Source: Chrysomallon squamiferum (lineage: Eukaryota; Animalia; Mollusca). Taken from it: a DNA stretch of 64,000 nucleotides. The stretch is from contig CM022670.1 in the NCBI GenBank assembly GCA_012295275.1, forward strand, positions 9,362,001 to 9,426,000, read 5' to 3'. Numbering within the stretch: the stretch's first letter is position 1; each line of letters opens with the position of its first letter. This document shows positions 28,175 through 40,102 of this stretch, piece by piece. Made by a program: the position numbers and the translations under genes. The notes under the pieces are model-generated. The model ran no database searches, was not told the origin of the DNA, and worked only from the letters and a program-made list of their open reading frames with translations.

Positions 28175-30988
28175 AGTATTTGTAATACTGTTTTCAAGTC
28201 TTTCAATTGTTTATGAGTTTCTCTTCTTTTTTTTTTTTTTTTTTTTTTTCTCTCTCTTTTTCCAGTCAGGATTTTGAAAGATTACTGAAGACTTATTTTC
28301 TTGTGTTCATTACCCTGGATTATTTTCTTTGTGTTAGAAATTCAAAACATCCACTGTATCTAACGAAAGATGAGCTAATGAATCTACGCAAATCAACATC
28401 ATAGAAACGTAACCTTGGAAGTTCTTTAGAAATGAAGACATTTAAAAAAAAAGACGTTAAAATCGGCCCTTCCTAAAGTATTGTAAAATATATTTATATA
28501 TCAGGGACTGATGTGAGCCATTGTTTAAACAATTTTAATCCAGTTTTGAAATTTATTTGGATTTATATCGTATCGAATTTATTTAGATCGTGAAATTCCT
28601 TTGACAATGTCCTGTTTTTTGGTTTGTATTTTTCAGTTTTTATTTATTTGTTAATTGCCGTTTTTAATAGCATTTATAGATATAAATGAAACTAGTCATA
28701 TTATGACACTATCAGTTTCTACAAAAATTTATAGTCAATGTAAAAAGCAATGAAACAAAAGTTAGCATTTCTTGTGATTTCATTCAATTATATAACCAGA
28801 TATGCTCATTTGATTGTCATAAACATTTCACCGTTTGGCTACTAATTTATCCATTAATAATTTTTTGGCGAATTTATATAATTTTCTAATCATTTTACGG
28901 CTCTGCTGTGGTTTTGGAACGTTTATTGTTTTTGAAATATATTCATTCATTTTGTCTTTGTGTCCGGTGAAAACATTTATAGCTGAATAATCGTTTACTT
29001 GAACCATCATGAATAAGTTTTATAAATTTTATTACTTCTTCCTATTAAGATACTGTACATGTTTTAACCACTGATTATGTTAGAGATCGAGTAGAAAATC
29101 TCATTTTTGAACTAAAACATCTCTAACTAATCCGTAAGATGTATTTTTCTGTTGTATTTTCAAACTTGCATTTATATATGCAGATATATTTTTAAATAGT
29201 ATAACACTAATAATCATTTTTCTAAATTTTTATCAGTCAGAATCGATTGAACTTGTCTTTGAAATTGAACATCGTTTGATATATATACAGTTGATACATA
29301 AAATTCATTCTGTTTTATTAATCAGAATAAAATATTTATAAATGAAACTGCAACTGCTTTTAATCCATTAGAGCAAAATGTCGAGATTTTCAAAGAGGTT
29401 TCTTCACGTACAACGATTCGTCTCGGAATCCTGGAGTGTTGAAGTGGTTATAAATGTACTGTTCATTAGGTTTTGAAAATAGAATATTTTGGTTTTTTAG
29501 TTCAGCGCCTACAAATCAATGAAGTTCCCGCCGAAAAAAAAATAAAATAAAAATAAAATAAAAAATAAAAAATAAAAAATAAAAAAAAAAAAAATAAAAA
29601 AAAAAAAAAAAAAATAAAAATATTTTTTTCATGATTATTATAATGAAAACGTACCAAATAATCCGTTTTTTTTTTTTAAAATAAATATTAAATTATAACA
29701 CTGTTGTTTTAATGCTTATTTTCTACTTCACGATACTACTTCATTTGTCTAGCAGATGCAAGACATCAGTATGAAAAATAATGAACAAGGACATTTCTAT
29801 GCAGTGCGAAAAAAAACCCCAAAACGTCCTTATGGCGATTTGAAATTTGTTTGGACGCAAAGTAGTCTTACATTCTAATAGCCTCAGTATTAACTGTCTG
29901 AACTCGAGCAAAGCCATTTCATCTTGGCGTTCATTCAGTTACTGAATGACTGAGTTGAAACGTATTTGCTTTCTTCGACGGTTTAAAACCTTGCAGTCCA
30001 TTGTGTGAAGGGTTTATGAATTGAATTTATTCAGTGGCAGAAAAATGTGTTTTAGCTTAGGCCTATCTATCCCAGATTTGTCACAGTATTATACATTTTA
30101 GCATCATAAAACTACTTAATTTTGATAATGTGAAGTATATTTTCTGTTGATAATATTTATTAATATATATATAAATTTATTTAATTTTTTTATTTTTATC
30201 GTTGCGTTGTTATGATGTTGGTGATTGTAGTAACATTAGATTTTGTTCTGTACGAATTTTGTGAATTGATTAATTTTTATTATTGCTGGTGATTGCAATA
30301 ACGTTATATTTTGTTTTGTATGATTTTTTGTTTTTGTTTTGGCATGGGTGAACTAATTATAGAAATTAACACAATTTTTGTCTGACCATCAGATTATATT
30401 TGTTTGCTGTTTTTTTTTTTTTTTTTTTTTTAACTAACTGTTGTTTTTCACTAATTTGGTACGGAGCAAAAATTTTAGAAATGATTCTTATTTTCAGTAT
30501 ATTATTATCTTGTTTTGTTATCATTTACGTGGATAAGGTTGTTCGGTCTTTGCAATAGCCTACAAAATTAAAAACAATGTATAAATTCCATACTGTGGAC
30601 AGAAAACGAACCCGGATGTGTACTAGTCGCGTCACTCGACTGGTTTTTGTTTTCTTTATTACGAAATTCCCACACTGTTTCTGAAATCCTCGATCTAACG
30701 CGATGAACTGAATCATGTCGAAATATTTGAATAAATATAATAAATACATTTAAAAATATTAATAATAATAATAAAATAAAATTTAAAAAAATGATTACAA
30801 GAACAATGAAGATCCTATCTTATTATTTCTACAGAATATTTACGCCTTTATTTAATTTTTTATTTATTTATTTATTTTTTTCTGCATTGTGTATCAGAAT
30901 TTGTATCTGATGGTAAATAGTGAATATCATTGTGTATGAATTATTAATTATGTTTAAGTTGTGCTTATTTAAAAATTTGTAACAATAA

Positions 30989-31029
<41 letters not shown>

Positions 31030-31689
31030 TTAATATTTTGATATACGATCAAGAAAGCTAATCCTTTCATTTCTGCTTCTTCTTTATTTTATTTTATTTT
31101 ACATTCCTTTTTCCACCAAAATATCGATTTTCGCTCCTCACGTTGAACTTGAGATGTTGATGCTCAAACTTAAATGGCGTACTGATTAAATAGCAAAATG
31201 TCAATACGTTTCTTTTTAAACAGAAAGTTAGTTTATGCAACTAAACACTCTTGCAATATAAAGAAGAAATACCGAAGGTGTTACGTTTAGGAGAGAATTT
31301 TAATTTCGAATAATTATTATAAGATAGAAACAACTGAAATTATATTAAGTGTTGATAGGAAATTAAAAAAAAAAAAAAAAAAAATTATAATTTCAATATT
31401 AGTAAAGTTATCTAGTGTTGAGTACATTTCTTTACTAATAACAAAATTAGAATCTGGTATAGTTTATTTCATCTGTGAGTATTTTTATACAAAAACAGTG
31501 CCTTTCAAGCATTCCAGTTGTTATTTTAAAATTTTACTTTCATTTATTATTATTTGGATTACTAGATAGAAGCCAGGGTTTTAACATTTAAAAAAATTTA
31601 GTTTTTTTTTTTCATTAATAATATATGCAATTGTAGAAAATGGTTTGGGTGAAAAATGTGCTTTTTTTTGCATTTTTCTGGGTGCGTGT

Positions 31690-31756
<67 letters not shown>

Positions 31757-32312
31757 TTAATTTATTTAATTCATTTTTGATTCATTACTTCCGTAATAAA
31801 ATTAATAAATGCTAAAATAATCGGGCACGCGCATTCGTCTTGCACTTTCCTCCATCTTTATTTTCTTGTTTTATACTTTTTTCTTTTTTTTTTCTAACTT
31901 AAAGTGACGTCCAATTAACCCAAAACGATTAGTCACGTGTGAACTGCAACGAATGAAAATGGATATTGATTGCGGATAACGGGTAATGCTAGAGAAATCG
32001 TGTTTATGAATAATATATTTGTACATTTTACTGTATTCAGTAACAAATGTTTAATATTAACGATGTCTTTGTGTTTATATATGCGTGTCGAACATGCCAT
32101 TGATTGCCACCCAGTGCTTTATTGTAAGACATGCAAAACTATTTTAATGTTACGAAATAAAAATGTTTACATAAAATGTTTATCGTAAATACGTTGTTCC
32201 TTCTTTTTTTATTTATTTATTTATTTATTTATTTTTTTTTTTTTCATTTGATTTATTATTTGGAACTATACGGACCAAATGATTATTTTCTGATATTTAT
32301 TATTATTATTAT

Positions 32313-32351
<39 letters not shown>

Positions 32352-32799
32352 CAGCAGCAATCCTAGTAGTAGTAGAAGTAGTATAGTAGTAGTAGTAGTC
32401 ATATTATTAATAGTAGTCGTAAAATTAGTATTAGTAGTAGTACTAGTAGTAAATTTCTTTTCTATTTGGACTATCTTATTTAATCGGTTAGTATTAAATT
32501 TCCTACGTGACCTATAGACTCAGTCTTTTGACATCTATTTGTCACATCTATTTCGAAAATAAAAGCGACGAGAAAACAGAGGAAGCGATTCAACACGTTT
32601 TTGTCATAATAAAGATACAGCATTTATTCTGGTGCAATACAAATACCGAATGCGGATTTAATGATTAATTAAGATAGTGTTCTCAGACTACGAGTTGAAT
32701 TTCCCAATCCTTTTTCTATTCTTGAAAATAACATTATACCCATGAGTTCATAAACATTTTTACTTTTAACATAATTATGTTGTCCAATGCAATTTTTTA

Positions 32800-32804
<5 letters not shown>

Positions 32805-32862
<58 letters not shown>
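32805..32862. repeat. (TA)n microsatellite
   Basis: Direct reading. Confidence 0.95.
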
Positions 32863-32864
<2 letters not shown>

Positions 32865-33413
32865 TAATGATAATAAAAGTAATGTAACGATATGTTGACG
32901 ATATAATATTCTATCAAGAGCGGCAACTTTAAAAAAAATATTAAGAGACGTCATTATTCCTTTTTAAAACAAACATTAGAGTTACGGCCCTTAGCTTTGT
33001 CGTTGCTACCGATGTCATAGGTTTTCTGGGTTGTTTCTTCATTTTTCTTGTGATATAAAATATAAAAGTAATCAAACTATTTCAGATTATGGAACAGAAA
33101 TTTAATGTCTTATGATTTCCACTAGTGGTTTTTACACCTATTGTTTTAAAAGTTTTAATTTTCAATTAACATAGATAGAGTATGTAGAAATTGGCATTTC
33201 GAAAACGGTAAAAAACCCCATCTTTCGACCAATTTCCAATTTCGCTTTATAAATAATCATTACACAATTTAAATATTGCACATTTCTATCCTAAATATGG
33301 TAACATTTTGCTTTTACGTCATGTTAATTTATGACCTACAGGTAAATGTTATTGAGATAGACAAAGGTTATCAAAGAAAAATTCTATTAAGGTCGCTGAA
33401 TAATTGATCAATC

Positions 33414-33490
<77 letters not shown>

Positions 33491-33535
33491 CTACTCCCAT
33501 ACACAAATTCTGTACTCTTTCTCTCATAGCTACAA

Positions 33536-33577
<42 letters not shown>

Positions 33578-34477
33578 TATAAAGAAAAGTTAACAAAATA
33601 AATTGTGAATAAGCTTTACTAACAACAAAAAAATTCTGATGATACAGGACAAATGAAAAATAATAAGAACAATAATAATTCATTATGTAATTATTAAAAA
33701 TAATGCATGAAGCACATGACCAAATAAAAAGCATAGAACACAAATGCAAATGCTACATTAACAAAAAATACTTTTAGCAGCCATTTTAATTAAAATACAC
33801 ATCACAACTGTTATATCTGGCCCATCTTGTAACAACTGGTTACAAACAAATTTTCAAATGGAGTATAACAATGACAGTCCAGTCAAATTATGTGTAGAAT
33901 TTGCTTTTACTGAATCTCATTTATCATAACATGGTTCATTTAAAAATGTAAAGTTGCATCATTGTAATTTAACTCGTCACAGATTCAGTAACAGTGATAT
34001 CTTTCAGATTTCTATCTTAAAAGTAGAACAAATCTATAAAACGGACAACCATAACAATTTTGTCTAAAAAAAAAAATGTGTTAATTTTTTCACATTTAGT
34101 CTGGCCATATTTTAAATATAACAACTTTTTTAAAATAAAATAAAATAAAATAAAATAAAATAAAATAAATAAATAAATATAAAAATAATAACTTGTGAAT
34201 CTAGTTTTTAAGAGAGACTTAATAAATTAGATATTAAACAAGAATTGGAGATTTAACAAAATTTGTAAATAATTACAAATACTGTGGGAACAACCATTCA
34301 ACTTGAATATTGAACACCAAGGGTAAAATACAAAGGCACAAGCAAATTACAGATACATGTATACATGTAATGCTGATAATAGATACTTTTTAGGGTTTTT
34401 AATTTTTAATTTTTTAAAATTATTATTATTTTTTTTAAACAATCAACTGTTTATAACCAAAAAAAAAAAAAAAGAAA

Positions 34478-34512
<35 letters not shown>

Positions 34513-37500
34513 AAATAAAATAAAAATAAATAAAATAAAATAAAATAAAATAATAATAGTAATAAGAAAAAAGCTAGACAATGCTCAAGTAAGCATTAGA
34601 ATGATGCCTAGATGTAACTAGAAAACATCTTTGTCAATCCTGTAAAATGGTACATTAATAAACTCTCAGTTTTAAAGTACAGGTAGATAACGGTGAAATA
34701 AGATAATCATCTAACCATTTGTAAATTATTACCACTGTACTAGAAACAAAAGCCTGGAATTACTGGACCCATAATATTTTAATGCTTTCAACACTTCAAA
34801 AAAAATAATAATAATAATAAAAAATAGTCCTTACCAAAGGATTAACTGCAGATTACAGAAAAATTAGCAAAAAATTTAGTAAAAAAGTAAGAAAACTTTA
34901 TAATTATTTTCGCTTTAAAAAATAAAAATAAGGAATGATATTGTAATATGGAAACATTTAATAATCTGATATTTTATATTTTAGATATGTAGATTTTCAA
35001 TATGTTTGACTATAAAAACATTTAACACTTTTAATATTGAGACATAACATGTTAATACGAAGTCTTTCAACATGTTTTATTATGAACAGTTTTAACCTGG
35101 AGAAATTTTTTTTAACTGTTTTACACACGGTCATTATAATCAAGAATCATCTTTTTTTCTTTTTTTCATTTAGCTTTCACCATTGTTCATATAGATGTTT
35201 GTAAATATATAATAATTAATAACATTACAATATTGTTGACATGTTACAATATTAATGATAATGTTTTTTTAAAAATATTTCACAACACTAATTATGAAAA
35301 CATCAAACAAAATTAATTTAATTTGAACAGCATAAACAAAAGGACCTGCTGATATATGTATTATCAGATGATTCAGAAACTGAAAGTATGTGTTTATGTA
35401 CAGATCATATACATACATACATACACATGGAAACATAGATGTATGTGTATGTGTGTACATGTATATATATAGATATTGATATGTGCAGATGCATGCACAC
35501 ACATTCTGATTTGTAATTATTAAATAAATGTTGCATTAGGCAAGGATTTTGTTAAAATGTAAAATTTAATGAACAATTATGAGGCATTTAATCTGAAGGC
35601 ATTAAATCTTTAACAATAACAACATGGTTCACTTTCTACATTCCATTATCACATTCCATATAAAAATCCCTGAAGAGGCAGGCACAATAATTTTAAAATT
35701 TTGTTTTGGTTTCTTCAAACATAATAAATCTTTTTCAGTCGATACACAACATAACTGCTCCAAAATAATAGTATACAAAGCTTATTGTAACAGCTTTATA
35801 TATTAGCTCACTATTTAATTATAAACAGAAACAGCTTTTCACCAAAATTAATCTGGTATTATCTGTTATTTGTGAATACACAGCATTTTATGGATTGTGA
35901 ATAATCCTAACTTAAAAATACAGTAATAATAATTTGATATGCTAAATTAATGTGACTCAAACTAAAGATTCTTGTAAGATAATATTTTTTTTAAATGTTA
36001 ATCTTAAATTAAAATTAACAGGCAAATACTAAAGTAATTGGTTATTACACAGTCTACTGAGATGCATTTAAAATGGTTTACATCTAAACCCCAAAATACA
36101 GTATGATATATAAATAAAGCCCTCAACTAAGTAAATATTTCTGTTGTACCTGGTGTTTCAAAGATACTCAAACCTTTTCATGTTAATATCATGAGTAAAT
36201 TTTTATTAAACAAAATTTTAAAATTAAAAATTATGGATACTAATCACATTTAAAGCTGTGCTTGAGTGCAACAACACAAAGCCAAATAAATGTAGTAAAT
36301 TTATATTAAAGAAACCCACATTTAAAAGAATGAAAAATAAAAACGACCAAAGACTAACCTAAAAGTATATAAACTTGTACATAATCATGTTTTTAAATTC
36401 TAATCTATTTCAAATATTGTTTTGTTATTTGTAGCCCATGCAGTTTTTTACAGTAAAAAAAAAAAAATAAAACAATTACTAAATATTATATACATGTACA
36501 AATATTGATGTATTTATATATGTATATATTTATATTTACATATAATACAGTGAAATATATACATAACTTTTACACCTAAAATACACTCCGCAATTACAAG
36601 TGAGTGAAGAAAATGTGGTTTCAATATAAAATACATATTCACTTGATTAGCATACTAGTATACTTGTTTAATTTATTATATAATTGTGATCCTGTACAAT
36701 TAGTTAAAACACTTATAACATAAAAAACCACATGGCTGTAAATTTTTTTACTTTCATTCCTTTATTATAAATGGATGATTTATTTTCAGGTTACTTTGAC
36801 AGCAGTATTTCTCTCTGTATCAATTTCTTTCTATCGTCAAACAGTCCAAACTGCATGATTACTATCAGTTTGATATCAACTTCGTAATTTTCAGAATGAT
36901 CCGAAATAAAAGGAAGCCCATTAGTTATAAACAAATTAATTTGAATTTTGACCTTAAGGTATAAAAAGTTTCAGAAAAATTTACACTGGATATGAAATGG
37001 ATGTTTATTTCTGTGACCATGTCAAATTAATTCAAATAGCTGAGACAAAAGCTCATGTGATTTACTCACTTTGAAGAAAGGCTGAGCAAATTCCCAAAAG
37101 AGAAAAAAACAACAAAAACAAGAAATTACAAAAACAAAAACAGTGATTAAAGCAACTGAAGGAAAAAAAAAAAAAGGACAAAAACCAGCCTTACATGAGC
37201 TGAGTGTAAAAGGTTAGTTATATTTAAAATAATATAAACTAAAATAATAAATTTTTAAAGTCATTCAGACATTTGCCAGTAATAAGATTAACACAATGAC
37301 CAGCAGAAAAAGTCCTGTCACTATTTACATCATTATTATTATTATACTAGAAAGTTTTATATTTTGCCATATGTTTTAATTTTCTTAAGACCTACCAGCA
37401 TTTTTTAAATTTAGTTTTTAACAGTAATGGGCATTTGATGTAAAATAATAATGAAAACTGGTTAGAAATGAAATCAAAAAAGTATGTAGCAAAAACAAAA

Positions 37501-37729
37501 AATCTGAGACAAAAAATAAATCAATCATGAATGTGGTGGAATGTAACTCTGGTACTGAATTCTTAAGAGGATACGTTGAGATACATTTTGCTGTATTTCA
37601 GACCTGCTTAGCTTATTTTTTTTCATGATGAAACTTTTCTTTTTATTCAATTTATTATTATAAAGTAATAATGACTAGAGTTGCTGCATTAATGTCCACT
37701 ACTGTTCTGTTCAACAATTTTTTAGTTAA

Positions 37730-37865
37730 CTACCACAAGAAAGGCAAAAGCTACTGCCACCAAATGATGGGCTATTGTTTTTCAGCAGCAAGTGATATTT
37801 CACATGTACCTTCCCACAGACAGAAAAACACGTGCTGTAGTCTTTGATAACACAGGCAGTCAGAT
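37730..37865 (-). mobile_element. SINE core fragment (same family), downstream of or within the CRACD 3' UTR
   Basis: GCTACTGCCACC..ATGGGCTATTG..CAGCAGCAAGTGATATTTCACATGTACCTTCCCACAGACAG..GTCTTTGATAACAC: reverse-oriented core (CTGTCTGTGGGAAGGT..AT..AAA.ATC.CTTGCTGCT..TAGCCCAT). Confidence 0.6.
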
Positions 37866-39667
37866 GAGAAACTCTGAATCTGGAGCAGTATGTTTAATTA
37901 AAGTAGTATTTCTAATATTCTAATGCTGTTTGATGATCTTAAAATGGATTACATTTTCTACATAAAGACAAAATATAAAATAAATGAATAAATAAATAAA
38001 TAAATGATAATAAAATTTTTAAATTAAAGAACCTATGTATATATAAATTTTAAAACATGTAATATATTATCACAACTGCTGCTGAAAGTAATAATAATAA
38101 TATCATTAACATTTTTTTAAGACCAAAAACCTCTCCATGTAATGAATTTATCTTAAGAATTAGTTAACAAAACAAAACAAAAAAAATTTGAAATATTCTT
38201 ACAGATGTGCTAGAATGCAAAATTTTAAATAATCGAAGCCTATATATGCAAATAATATATAAATAAATAAATATTTATAACCTTTATATTTAAAAATCCT
38301 AAGAATTCAACCATGATATGCAATTACACAATTAAACTGAAATGGAATCATCATTAGATTTACACTTAATCAAAAAGGAATGGTAAAACTTTCAATAAAA
38401 TAAAACCCTTTATCAAAAATATATTTTAAACAAACAAAAACTTAGAATGCACAAAAATTTATATATACACAGTGTATAATGAAAATTATATATGTTCATG
38501 GAATAATCATATGTTTTTTTTTATGATTGATAATTAAAGGAAACTGAAGGAAGATGTATTTATTTAGTTTGTTCCTAAAAATGCATCTACTTAATGAAAT
38601 ATCTGTAGTGGCAGTAACGACTAAACAACAAACACTGACTCTATAATGGATTTATTTATAAAGATGTAAAAAGACAAAAGCAAATGTAACTGGGAAATAA
38701 AACACAGGTCCATGAAATCATATAAAGCCATATTATATTGCCTATTATGATATAACAGTAATATTGAGTAGTAGCAGCAGAAGCAGCTGCAGTAATGATG
38801 GTAACAGTAATAGTAGTAGTAATAAATATGTAAAGGACCTACAATACAAAAAATGTGAAAATAAATATTTTCCCTTCTTTCTGAAATTACTAACAAAGGT
38901 ATATATATATATATATCTACAGTGCTCAGGAGTAGTTAATTTAACAAATAAATAGTAAATAATATTTTTTGAATTTTTGTAATCTTTAAAATCCTTATGC
39001 TAAGAATATCATAACTTCAATTTTAATTTTAATTTTAATATATATATTTTTTTTTTTTTTCAACGGATTTTAAATACTGAACTGATTCATCTAAAAGTCT
39101 GTTGAGTTGTAATCATTGCCTTAAATAATTGGTGTATAAAAATTTATGTACTAGAAATAATTCCTAAGAATAAACAAAATGAAATAGCAAAATATATTCA
39201 GAAATATGCTTTTTGCCCAAGTTAACTAAAACAGCCATAATAGAGACAAGGCAGAAAAAGAAAAAAAACATGTTAAGAATTTAATACAATAATGTAAGTA
39301 GGTATAATAAAGATTTCCAATTTCAGACCATTCCTTTAAATCCTTACATTTATTTATTTATTTATTTATTTATTTATTCAAAATATTAGTCAGTGTAACA
39401 ATAACTAATTTGTACTTCAGTATGAACCCAGTATTATGTCCACCCCTCACATTCATAAATCATTAAAAGACAAAAAGATAAAACTAAGCAAAACAAAGAT
39501 TAATGAATATTAAAAACAAAGTCTAGACAAATATCTAGATACAAGAACAAGATAAGCAAGGATCTCAAATGAAAAAAAAAAAAAATTATTGTGCTTTTGA
39601 AATGTCAAGCTCCATGCACCATTCAGTTCTTAATTACATCTTGAAGAAAACACTGTTATTATGATAG

Positions 39668-39787
39668 TCACTGAAACACAGGTTCTGTTGTCTGCATTTT
39701 CTGAAAATTCTTCACCATGTCCAAAACCTTGGAAGAACGATTTGAAGAGCACTTTTCAGGAGTTTCAGTTGTCAGAGGTGGAATTTT
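39668..39787 (-). CDS. CRACD: CRACD-family terminal coding exon
   Basis: ttttttaaaacag|AAA; phase 0; KIPPLTTETPEKCSSNRSSKVLDMVKNFQKMQTTEPVFQ then TGA at 39670-39668. Confidence 0.85.
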   Translation of the reverse strand, partial: KIPPLTTETPEKCSSNRSSKVLDMVKNFQKMQTTEPVFQ

Positions 39788-40102
39788 CTGTTTTAAAAAA
39801 CATGAATATTAAAAGTTTTAAATTTAGTTTTTTCCCTCTATGACATTTAGAAAACAAAAATAAAGATATGTACATATTATCTAAATTATAAACATTCGGA
39901 TGTTTTGAAAACAAATATTATATTTGACCATACAATATGATTCAAATCAACTATAGCTAAGTAATTTAGCATTTCTGTTATCAGAAATTCTTTTCTTTCT
40001 GACTGCAAAATATAATTAGTTTTGATTTTCTCACACCATTCATTTACTTGTTTACATACAGCAAATGACCCAACCTGAACAGAAACAAATTTCAAAACCA
40101 AC

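Noticed and set aside
28172-28220. Selenocysteine readthrough of the GRXCR TGA
   Set aside because: The stop follows the last CxxC as in family members; no recognisable SECIS; the extension is short and unremarkable.
30996-31027. Genomic poly(A) run as a retrocopy tail
   Set aside because: No target-site duplication or recognisable upstream element; poly(A/T) runs are ubiquitous in this window.
35220-35265. Imperfect hairpin centred on ACATGT (possible miRNA or RNA element)
   Set aside because: Almost entirely A/T pairs, expected by chance at this composition.
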